In this document: piece by piece, positions 10,673 through 22,632 of the stretch
Position numbering within the stretch: the stretch's first letter is position 1
How the letters are laid out: each line of letters begins with the position of its first letter
DNA from: Euprymna scolopes
Taxonomy: Eukaryota
Length of the DNA stretch: 64,000 nucleotides
Strand: one strand, 5' to 3'
Assembly: GCA_053919585.1 (NCBI GenBank)
Contig: CM132809.1
Position numbers and translations under genes: made by a program
The notes under the pieces: model-generated
Database searches by the model: none
The model's input: only the letters and a program-made list of their open reading frames with translations
Told to the model about the DNA's origin: nothing

Positions 10673-10925
10673 TTAATTTAGTATCCAACCAAATGGCTAC
10701 ATATAGGCATACATGTTTCGGCGAAAACCCGGCAAGGGAATCGCTTCGTCAAAGAGAGATGTCTTTGGCCTGACGAAGCGATTCCCTTGCCGGGTTATTG
10801 CCGAAACATGTATGCTTATATGTAGCCATTTGGTTGGATACTAAATTAACTTATTTTTGCTCTGTCTAAACATTGAGCACTCTTTTGGTAGACACACTTA
10901 ATAATTACTACCAATACAATATATA
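10669..10925. mobile_element. Fold-back cassette, hammerhead family C
   Basis: Inverted arms 10669-10751 and 10771-10853 with a 19-nt spacer. The left arm abuts (TA)n and the long right arm ends in ATATATATA. Confidence 0.8.
10766..10828 (+). ncRNA. Type I hammerhead ribozyme (family C)
   Basis: TGGC CTGACGA A-GCGA..CCC-TTGCC-GGG..TTGC-C GAAA CATGTA-TGCT-TATATGT A GCCA. GUA triplet, cut after 10824. There is an A/C mismatch at the base of stem II. Confidence 0.7.
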
Positions 10926-13049
10926 TATAAATTCGTATCGCTATCTGTTTGTTTTTTTCACAAGTTGATTTATATATACAAAAACCCATTACTTCATCAT
11001 ATTATGCATTGCTTTATATACTATGATTATTGTTAAATATAAGATTAAAGAGGTGACCTCATTTGCATATTAAATTAAGGAAAGTCGACTTTAGTAAATA
11101 GTGGTGTATTAATTATTGTTTATAGTGAGAGAATTATTTAAGTGTTCTATTTAAGTTTATTATTTAAATTTGATTTATATTAATAACATTTTTTTTTTAT
11201 CGACACCGATTTTTTATGAATTGGTTTGAGTTATTTCCCTTTGGCACGAATGTTTTTTTTTTTTTTCTTGTTTTGTTTTGTTTTTTTCGGCGGATATTAA
11301 AACTAAAAACTTCTCGTATTATTTTTGCAATTAGTTTAAATAAAATAATTTCCGTGATTTCGCAATCAACGCAACGCAATCTTCACATTTTTTTTTTACA
11401 TCGTAACTGTTATTTTTTGTTTCTTTTAATAACACAATAAAGCATAACTCAGCATTTTTTATAACATAAACATTCGGTTAACACAAATTCTACTTCGGTA
11501 TTTTTGAAACTGAATTATTTACAGTTTGTTGTTTTAGTTGCAACAGACCGTAAAGACAAATCTTTCTAGACTGAGGTAGCATAAAAAAAAATTCGCTTAA
11601 ACTGGAATGTAGTCATAAAAAGGTGCTCAATATCCGGAGAATAGCTTATCTTGGCAGCCCTTCTGTCGAAATATCTGGTGGAGAGTTTCTCACGCACTTC
11701 TTTTTTCGGTGGGGAGGGGGTACATTTTCGTGTTTTCATTCGTTCTTAAATTTTTGAAATTTTTGTTAAGTAACGATAGAGTTTGCACTCAATAATGGAA
11801 AACTGTTCAATATTCTTAGTATAGCAGGTGTGACGACACCGAACTTCATGTCGACGCTGGCAACGCTGGGTATCCATTCTAGTATATATATCTGTTCATT
11901 AAATAGTGATAAATAAATGAAACTCGAGGTTGTAGTGAAAAAGTGTCAATACAATTTGTCCAAAAATAACAGATTTACATGCGTGTAATTCGATTTGACC
12001 ATATTTAATCACGTGATTCACGATGTAATTTTAATTTCGCCCACGCCTTCAGAATTGGGCATGGTCGTCTAAATACAGACGGCTATTAACATTTCTTTAG
12101 TGTTCCACCCTTTGTTCGAAACAAGAAAAAACAGGGCGGTAATATCGATGACTTTTATTGCATTCATGTTTCAAATTAATAACAAGTAAAAAAAAATTAG
12201 AATCACTTCATGTCTCGTTGGAATGCAACGCAATTGGATTACCAACAAATAAAGAGTTAGGTAAGTAATATACAAACTGTTTTGGGACACTTAAACTATT
12301 TAATAGGAAAAGAGTATTTTTTTTAAGAATTCTGGGTTCTTATGGAGAATACAGACCGAGTTAAAATAAAAACGTTATTTAGAAACCTACTTAATCTCGG
12401 GAGGAGGGGGGGGGGCTTTTTAACAATCCTGTACTTTCACGTAATTATTTAATAAAGAAAAGATACTGTAGAAATTCAATGTAATTTGAAAATCATATCT
12501 AAAATATAGCACAGTCCGCATTTTGCATGTTTACCTAATTTTGAAATAGTATGTCTGAGATATTAAACGTCGTTTTTATACTTATTTGATTGGACATTTA
12601 TTAACAAAGTAAATTGGTAAAACTACATCAACCGACTAATTGAATGTATTTTAATTTTAGATATATTCGATAGCTACAAACTTCTAGCTATTTCTTTCAA
12701 TTGAATAAAAAAGTGTAATAAAAATTTGACCAATGCATGCTTACAATTTTTCGCTGATAGAAACAAAAAAAAAATGGTGTCCAACATTTTTCTTTAACTT
12801 GAAATTCCATTTTAATGAGTTGCAACAAGGACCAGAAACGAACTTAAATTTGCTCGTAAAAATCGATTGCAAGATAATTCAAAAATAGTATTCCCAGGAA
12901 AAATAAATTTCGAATTACTTATGCCGAATGGAGACTGTTATCTTTTGTATACTCCAAGCAATTTACTTGAACCGGTGCCTAGTAAAAAGTATTGGGGTGG
13001 GGGGTTAAGAAAAAATGGGCAATGTTTAAAACGCTATTAAACATTTATG

Positions 13050-14084
13050 GTGCTTCTATATTTATCGACTCGCTATTTCGAAGTTCTTCGAGTGTACCCG
13101 GCAGATGACGGGGCAACCGGAAACTGTTGGGAGAGCCTTATTAAAAAAAAAAAAAACACAAATCGTTACAACTCCCCTCTCTCCATGTTAAGAATGGCGA
13201 CGACCACTGAAATTAAGTAATAAATTCGAAAGAAATGTGTTTATATCTTGTCGACCGTTTCCGGTTCTTCTCGTCATCTGCTGGACATATCCGATTAATT
13301 TCACGGAAATTGTGAGTTAAGTGCAGAAGTATCACGTTTATAAATTAAGAAAAAAACATAATTATAACCGAAAACGTTAGTTGTATAGTAATTTAACTGA
13401 TAAAATGTACTTGTGCAGTTAAGAGAACTATGTTGAAATAACGTTATTATTAAAAAAAAGAGACTTTTCTTAGTATAAAGAAAGGGGCTTTTTAAATTGT
13501 GCGTGTTTTCACCTAACAATTTAATAAACAATATACTGTTTGGCAGTTTTCTGTTGTAATAATTTCATTAGCTAAGCCTTTCGGCACCTTGCATAACCTG
13601 CCGGGAATATTTCGACGATAATCTGCATATGCACATATTCAGGAATTAAAGAAAAATAGCTGAATGTGCACTTTTGTTACCACGCTTTTTTAATGGCATT
13701 TTTCAAGTTAAATTTAAGTTTTACGATATCTTTTTTTATTATTAAGTTAAGTGAAAGTAGAGAATAATTATAAAACAATCTCCCCTCCCTATATTAAGAA
13801 TGGTTTTCAAATAACGTTATTGTTTCAGCACGGTAACAAAAGTGCACAAGCACTGAAAAATACGACGGAAATTTATTTGCAAACCCAGTTGGTACTTCTG
13901 AATTTATTAACCTGCTATTTCCTCGAAGTTACTCGGGTGTGCTTGAGAGATGGCATAAAGAACCGGAAACGGTCGACAAATAGTTTCTGGGTATTATTTT
14001 TCTTTCAATGTATCACTTAATGAATTTCAGTAGTCGTTCCCATTCTTAACTTGGAGAGTGAAGGGTTGTAACAAGTTGTGGCTG

Positions 14085-14117
<33 letters not shown>

Positions 14118-14210
14118 GTTCGCCCGGCTGTTACCGTGTCTTCCCCTTATCTGCTGGACACAACCGAATAACCTCCTGGAAACCGTGGGTCTATAAATTC
14201 AGAAAAACCT
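13050..14210. repeat. Large diverged inverted repeat (MITE/foldback-like)
   Basis: About 13050-13445 is the reverse complement of about 13810-14210 (e.g. GTCGACCGTTTCCGGTTCTT / AAGAACCGGAAACGGTCGAC). Each arm also has an internal inverted segment. Confidence 0.65.
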
Positions 14211-14722
14211 TTAAGTGATCTAATCAAATAATAATTGCAATAGAGTTTAAAAACGTCTAATAATTAATTGGATGCATTCTTAAACGATTATAAAAAAGAA
14301 AACATATTACAATAGCATTTTTTTTTGTTCCGATTAATTATGGACAAGGTTTTCAGGTACTTGGACTGAATGATTATCTAGAAAATATCTGTGTTTATCC
14401 TGACGTAAAAGCTCTACGCACTGAGAAGTTTTGGCAAATGTGGACTGGTTGTCCCATTAAAGAATTTACCCACAAAGAGTTGCTTTGGTATTTCCTTACA
14501 TTAACTCCAACCCCCCGTTCATATTCGAAATGGCGACTTTTCTATCGAATATTACAGTTGAATTTGGGGCCGATAAGTACTTTACCAAATATGGAAACAT
14601 TTGTTATCAAACATAAACGCTAATGTAATTCCTGGCATTATTTTTTCCACAACCGAAGAATTACCAATGCACATACGTATAAAATAAAACAATTGCGACT
14701 TTTCCACTTCGTTTAGTAATCT

Positions 14723-14862
14723 CATGTTAAGAACAGCTTCCGGAATAAACATCGCAACCTTGCAATATTAAGAACAGCTTCTGGAATAAACTACCCCAAC
14801 TTTCCCATGTTAAGACGGCTTTCATAAACACTCCCCATATTAAGAATGGCTTTAGGAATAAG
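14723..14862. repeat. Degenerate tandem repeat, ~4 units of 30-42 bp
   Basis: Recurrent ATRTTAAGAACAGCTTY-GGAATAAAC. Confidence 0.6.
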
Positions 14863-15568
14863 CAGCTTTTTTTAAAATAGAAAACACATTTCAAGATTTC
14901 GCACTTTTTGTCTCTTTTTATTTATTTTTGATAGATAAAAGTTGTTAAAGATTTTCTGTTTCTTATGTAACATTAAAAAATGGCGGTCTGTTTAAACTAT
15001 TAAACAAAACATCAAAATATAAGAAATTGAAGGCCGAAATGTTGTTTAAAAAAAACTATCAAGAGTAGAATAATAGTCCAAACAACCCAAATAATACAAA
15101 AAATAAAAAAAAGAACAGTTAGATTCAAATCCTATTTTATTAACTAGACTAACCCATTCTAGCTTCGTATGTGAGTTCTATAGCAATTAATCTATTAAAC
15201 ATATAAATCCACAGTAGATCCAAGATTCGAAATTACAGAAACGTTTACAACTAGAACGATTGATTGGAGAATGTTGCTTTTCTTTATAGATGTGTCGCTA
15301 TTAAAAATAAAAAAAAAATTGTCTTTTATTGTTTTTCTTTCAGTCGTTTCGTTTGTTGGCCGCTCATAAAATATTGGAATTCATTTTTTTCGCTATTGTC
15401 ACAACAACGATCAATATCATTTCATGATGCTGCTTTCATTATTCTTTTTATTATTATTGTTATATACAAACATTGTACGATGACATTGATACACTTGGCT
15501 TCAAGTTTTTGGTTCCCTGCCCAAAGTACACTTTATTTCTTTATTTCATTCTGTTGTAGAATCTTTTA

Positions 15569-15612
<44 letters not shown>

Positions 15613-18279
15613 CATATTTGTTTCTTTATTCCCTTAGTGTAGCTACCCTCGTTTTGAATTAACTTGATTCTTTGTTGATGTTAATAACTGTCACTTGGTG
15701 ACAAAAAAATCTAATAAAAAAAAGACATTGCTGTCTTTGAGTCGGCGCGAATCAACCGCAATAACACACTTCGATTATTGCTTAGTAATTTGCTTATTTC
15801 ATTTATGTTATACGCCAAAATAAGAGACTCCAAAAATGTCATTTCCTGTATCCTTCAAATACTTGCTTCCTCGTGACTTGTTTGTGTTAAGATTACTCGG
15901 CGTAAAGCTCGTGATAAATCCGCAGAACACCAACTATATTATATGTCAGCACATATGTTTCGATGTCTATTTACGGAACGCACCGAATATAACCGATCAA
16001 TTTTTCGTAGAATATCTTTGTATAATACGAATCAAACTGTTCAAACTTTTTTTTAAACTATGACTCCAAATTTTTAGTGTGTTTTTTTTTTAATTATTTT
16101 CTGTTTATGGAATTCGCTCCAGACAAAGCATGAAGCCACTTAGTGTAAGCCGCTTAAAAGCAAAAAATATATCTATTTTAATGTCCGAAAGTAGCCAACG
16201 TTAAGTTTTTTAATACATAGGTTTCGACTCATAAAAATTATTTCTCCTTAGAAACATTGCGCAGTGAATCTAAGTACTAAAAGACGGCGAGGAAAGGCTT
16301 TTGTCTGTTGCGTGTATATCTCATGACGTGTCTCTGTAACTATGTATGTAATGATGATCTGTCTAATGTCTATATATGGCCGAGTCAATAATGTTTTAGT
16401 GTCTTGTTAGTACGTGCATGTGTGTATGACCAAACGTTGACATACATTTTTTCTGCCTCTTGGCTTCGTCGCTCGTAGCTGCAAAGAGAATCGCATACAC
16501 AAAATAAGTCGAAAGATTATTTTAATTTATACTTGGTTTATTATTTGTCAGTCTTGGCGATGCTCATTATTTCTTATCAGCCGTTCTTAACTCTTTCTGC
16601 GTTTCTTACTCTGACGTATCTTCGCGCCAATCGCGACGGATCTGCTCCGTTCAAATCGGAAACCAAACTGACTTGCAAGCGAGAGAAAAGATATCTTTCT
16701 GTCTTTCTTTCCTGTACTCTCTCTCTCTCTCTCTCTTTGTTTCTTTCTTTCCGCGTTCTCTTTTACACATAGCCGAATGACTTATTTCAAGTGTCATCGT
16801 CAACCCCAGCTATAGAGTTTTACATACGTCAGCAACTTAACCCTTGAACTCTTATTGCACTAACCAACCTTCACAGTAGAATCACAAGTTTAAAGGTGCC
16901 GGCGTAATCCTGGATAGGTTACATATCAAGCGATCGTTTTGTAAGAATTGGTTTAGTTTGGTTTATATTGTGCACAAGCACACACGTTTTTTTTTTTTTT
17001 TTTTTTTTTTAGAGAGGGAGGCTAAAACGTATAACCATAACCTAGCCCTCGTTTTACATTACTGTTCTTTAGTGTCATCTACCCTTTTTTCAATTTTTTT
17101 CGGCTTTCAATTCCGTACCTCTAACTCGAGCAAACATGTAATCGCCTTTTTACTCGTAACGTTTGACTTGACTTAATGGTGATATTTATTTGCCAGATTC
17201 AATTTCATTTCCTGCATTACTCATCATCAAAAAAATAACTTTTCTTTCATAATTTAACGAAAAATAAAACTGAAATGAAAGGGTTCGTCTCTTTGCATTC
17301 GATAACCTTCAAAGATTCCTGGAAATAAATGAGGGGGAAAATGGAAATAATTAACATTAACTGTTGAACGTATATGTTGAATTACTTCCGTTTGTGCACT
17401 TCCGTTTCTTTTGGTTTTCTTTTTGTGCAAGTTATATCGCTGACATTATTCGTTATTGAAGAGTTTGGGCACAGCCGTCAATATGATGTACGCATAAGCT
17501 ATTATTACTCTTTATCAAAGAGCAATAGAGAAAGTAAGCTAAATATTAATCCTATTGAGTTTATTTTTATAGATCCAATCACCGGTTATTATTCGCTTTG
17601 TTTTTTATCTTTGATTTGATTTTAATAGTTTTATTATTGAAACTTTCGCTGTCGATAAACAGTGTACATTACTATGATCCAGCATTAACAAAACACGTAA
17701 CTACGTTATGAAAGTAATAGGGTGTAATAACAGAAATAACGATGATAATGGCTATGGGAATAATGATGATGATTGTCATTGTTATGAAAAGATGCTATAC
17801 AAATAAAGTTATCTGTAAGAAATGCAAATCTAAGTGATATTAAAAATTCACGTCTGAGATTGTTTTGACAAAATGTGATCTATGAAAAATAAATGTAACT
17901 ACCTGTCGGCCATGAAAGAAAAAAGGGATCGCCTATTCAAACTGATACCAATTTTATTCATTAATCAACGTGAAAACTACGAAGGAAGAAATAGACAGCA
18001 TTAAAAAGGGAATAAAGGAATACATTTCCATAGAAAAGTAACCTCGTACGAGAAAATATTTAAGTCTAAGAATAGGAGGCTACGAATCGCAGTGTTGTCT
18101 TTCTGCTAATTTTATTAATTATTAGTGAAAATAAAAGGACATTTTTTTACTTGATTTCCTTACCATTTACGGTTTTAGCTACATTTGCTGTAAGCAGGAC
18201 AACTTGAAAAAATGACGGTTACTTGGGGAGTTATCAGGAGTATATCATTGTTAGTTTCATTAAATTGGCAATTTCCACA

Positions 18280-18715
18280 AGAGATGTTGCAAGATTGTTT
18301 CTGTTCTATCGTTATTTTTATATCAAGTGCTCGTCTGAGCTCCAAGCTCTATTCCCCTTTTCCAAACTTTCACAATAAATACTCGTCTAACTGAAACCAC
18401 TATCAATGATCTCCCCCACTCTTTATCTGTGCCTAAGCCTAAACATAGATTCCATGAACAAAATTTCTTTCTTAGAACTGCACGCCTGTGGAATTGTCTT
18501 CCGTTTTCTTGCTTTCCAGCTGACTACAATATGGTTGTCTCCAAGTCTAACGTAAACAGGTTCTCGATGAGCCGCCCCCTTAAGTAATCCAATTTATCAA
18601 ATTTCTACTACTAAAGATTACTATGATATTGTACCATTGACTACCGTACCCTCATTAATCTTTATTGTCGAATGGCATACAGGCCTTAATAAGTGGTGAC
18701 TATTTTGTAAAAAAT
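18280..18715 (+). mobile_element. Decayed CR1/Jockey-group LINE 3' fragment (related tails at 19255-19445 +, 30000-30130 +, 59035-59340 -)
   Basis: AGAACTGCACGCCTGTGGAAT (RT..LWN) motif and a shared 3' UTR GGCCTT(G/A)ATAAGTG(G/A)TGA...TGTAAAAAA. Confidence 0.65.
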
Positions 18716-20151
18716 AAAATGAAATGGGCAAAATAAAATAAAAGTATTTAAAACTTTGAATAATCGTTTGCATGCATTAATGTGTAAAATAAAACTTGAT
18801 GTTGTTTAGTAAATAAAATGTTTATAAAAAATACTGTAATTCAATGGAAAACAACAAAAATTAAAAAGTAATGCGGAAGTTTTTGCTCTATGTTCTCTCA
18901 TAAGACATCTTAGAAGGAAGGCCACTCTGCATAAATAAGTTCAAAAGATCAATGCAAGTAGGCAACGTCAAAACGTTTTATGTTTGACTCTTTATTTTCG
19001 TCTATCCCCTTGAAGATGAAGATGCTCTTCGAAATAATAAGACCATCTGTGAAAGCAAATCGAGGACCAATGTTCTGTTTTATGTAACAGGACATCTTGA
19101 TGAGTTACAAATGCCTCCTCCACGGTTTGCTGAACTTAATAGTTACGTGTCATAACAATAACAGCAACGTCACGTATAATCATTTAAAGAAAATTGCAGA
19201 TTTTTATATTTAGAAACCAATAAAAATACGGGGTCATATAAGATATATATTATATTTCGTCTGCCTGCTTCCCACCTGACTACAACCTGGATGTCTTCAA
19301 GTCCAACGTTAACAAATTCCTAATGAACCGCCCCCTTAAGTAAACACTTCATCCAATCTCCACACTGACGTAATGTACTTGCAATAACCCTTATCCCTGA
19401 GTGGCCTTCGGGCCTTGATAAGTGATGATCACTGTGTAAAAAAAATGGATACGGTTAATGCCAATATGGAATGGAGGCCACCAAGCATGGAACGATATTC
19501 TCAAAAACTATCCCAATATCAACACTTCGTGTATTAATACATTTAAAACATCATTTCAAAAAAGACTTTATAGAAATGTAAAAAATGAAAATGTTCTTTA
19601 TTGGTATTGTGAAGTGCGAAACCATGTACATCTGTTTCGTTTCAAAAATTGTTTTTGTTTTTTCACTTGTGTTAGCATGAGACACTAAAAAATAACAAAC
19701 TTTCTATTTTACATTTTAAAAGTAGTTTTTATTTTTAAGAATACAAAATACTGAGCTTTTTTTAAACATTTCTATAAGTTCTTTTTTGTTTTGTTTAAAC
19801 ACATGTCATCTCGAAACAATGAAAACATAAAGAGCATTTTTATTTTTTTGAACATTTATGCAAATGAATTTTTAAAAATAATATATTAAATATATTAACA
19901 CAAGTGTTGAAACTGAGATAGTTTTTTGAAATGCGATGTTTCTATACAGTTTCTTGTTTCGTTTCATGCTTTGTTGCAGGGAATAACTTACAATCGTTCT
20001 GTCAGTCAATACCAGGTAGAAATCATTAGTAATTCACGATGGTGTTCAGTGAGGATTAAAGCTTCAATCTTCAGAAGACTTTTACTTAAAACTGATTATC
20101 ACTTAGCACTCATATTCCGTGCACCGCGGATCCGTCAATACTCAAAACGGA

Positions 20152-20838
20152 CTTTTTTGTCCCCCTCTACAAACATGTAAATTCACCCTTGTCCGTTCGT
20201 CCGTTTGTCTGTTCAGCCATCCGCACTTTTCTCAATAACTACGCCTTAAATCTTTTTAGAATGTTGCACAAACATTAAACATGATATGAGTAAAAAATAA
20301 CAGGGGTGCTTTACGTGTTAAAATGGCTAAAATTGACACTTTTCTGCTTATTAAAAAAAATGATGCCTTGAAATATTGTAACTAACTGATTTCTCCATAA
20401 TTTTTTTTTATCTATATTTCGCGATAACTCTTGGGTGTGCTCCAGGGGCTCTTTTAGGACTAATAAAAACAAATAATAAAAACGCTCCATTTTTGGGACT
20501 ATTTTACCATATTTGTCCCAAATTTTCTGTGTATGTCTATTTAGCAGTTTTATATGGTGCGGAGCTCAGTTAAATATGTTAAGGCATTGATGACTTTTGG
20601 GTCTAAGTGGAGGGGGGACAAATGATAGACTAAGTCATTCTTTTTTTGCATGATGCTGAACTCAGATTTACATAGATTAAGGCCTAAAACCGTACCGGTT
20701 GTTAATTTTCACCAGGATTTGACGTCCTCTGGAGACTTTTGAGGCTAAATGGTGGAGGACAAATGCTGAACTTAGTCATTGCTTTTATGTCTCGTTCACT
20801 GTGCACTCGCAAGGGACCGTGCATGCCTCACTTGTTAA
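20152..20838. mobile_element. DINE-1/HINE-like (Helentron-associated) non-autonomous element
   Basis: Internal (GTCC/GTCT)-type microsatellite near one end and a CACTTGTT terminus. Homologous along its length to 40988-41688. Confidence 0.6.
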
Positions 20839-22632
20839 ATACTGAAATTGTCTGGACAAGTACCAGCAACATTGTTTTAACGTCATTCTCATAATCAAAT
20901 TAACGTTTATGCAACATCAAAAACTTAGCGCACGTGTAAATTTTTCTGGTAACATCAACGGAAACAGATTAAAAGGGGCGGTTTTTTTTCCAGAATATAT
21001 AGCGACGTGATCTTAGCTAAGTATAAAATTTCTTTTAGAAACATATTTTAAACAGTTGTAAACGTTAGCGATGTTTGGTTAAACTAGCAAAACAAACCTA
21101 AACTTCAATCAAGTGTTGGCCCTTGTGAAAATCGAAGTCTTTATTTGGCTAAGGTCAACTGAAGAGCTTAGTGCATTGAAATCTGCTTCAGCCTCGCTGT
21201 GTACGTGTGTGCGTGTGTTCGTGTGTATGTGTATCTGCACTCAAAGACTCAATAACTCTTCCATCAAAATGATTTAACACATCTCAAAACAAATTAGTCA
21301 ACCATTATTTTTGACAGTTGTTAGTTTTTCATGGCGCAGTCAAGACCTTTGGGCGCAAAGCATCTGTCATACTTTGACCAAATTTCTTGAAATCGTTTCT
21401 GTCAATTGTTGTGGGGTTAGTTAAGTCAGGCTTTCTTACTTCAGGTTCGAAGAAATGACCACGCTTCTGTTACTCAGATGACTAAGAAGCAGACATTGAA
21501 TCTTACAGGAAATGCTGGCAAATGAATCAATAATTTCGACAGAAAGAGGGTTTTTTTTGTATCGGTTAAACACCTTATAGAAAAAAATATGAACATATTG
21601 TTTTATTTCGTATTATGTGATTAATTGTACAATTGTCATCCCGTTGAATTGTTATTTTAACAGCCGACGTAATCTCTGATTCTTTCAGGTAAAATTCAGT
21701 TGTAAAAGTTAACCTCTTTTCAGGTGTTAAATTTTTAATCTTCAGGGCGAGTGAGATCAATATACAATTGCGAATGACAGGATTTCTACTCCGTCATGTC
21801 TGAGGGAACGATGGCATGTTATCTCCGTGTACTAAATACATTCCTTACAGATTTCCGAGTTTGACAAAAAATTCTCGCGGTTATACAATATACACCCGAA
21901 GAAGATCGGAAAGTACATCAGTCAAAACTGTGTATAACACTCAAGATGAGAACAGTAGTCCGAAGAATTTTAATAATACAAAACATTCTTTTCCCTGCGT
22001 CTGTGTAAACGACGCCATGTTACTAGTGGGGATAGTGGGTAAAGAGATCTACTTTCCGGTTCTGAGAAAACTCCGACTCTTAATCTAACCGGCTTTAATG
22101 TCCAAACAGTTCGAAATAATGGCGGTAATGATTAGGATGGTGTAGGACAACCAACACCAGCATTCATTGCTGCAATGACATTGCCAATCTGCAATTTTAC
22201 TGAGATAAAATGTTAATCTAATAACGCCCCAAGAATTCCGAACGCTTTCATTTTGATTTGATAGCGATAAAGAACACTGACTGTGCCGGCTTAAAGACAC
22301 GCACATATTAAAGGAGCCATTGTGGTCGCGATATTCCTAATTTAGTGAAGGAACGAAGACATTAAAACTTATAAGGCAAGACGGTTTTCTTTTTTGTCAA
22401 AACTTAGTTGACGTTGGCGGATGAAAAGGGAAGGATTGGAAAGAAATCATCAGTAAATTAGTAGTTTTAATAAAAAATCTATAGAAGCCGATCATTGAAA
22501 AAGGCCTCAATAAATCAGCGCAATATTTCGTTGTTTTTTATCAGATATTTTTTAAGTTGTTACCTATTTCGTTCTAGTTCCTTTGGTGTTAAACTCACCG
22601 TCTTCTAAATCTTCTGTCATTTACTTAATTTT

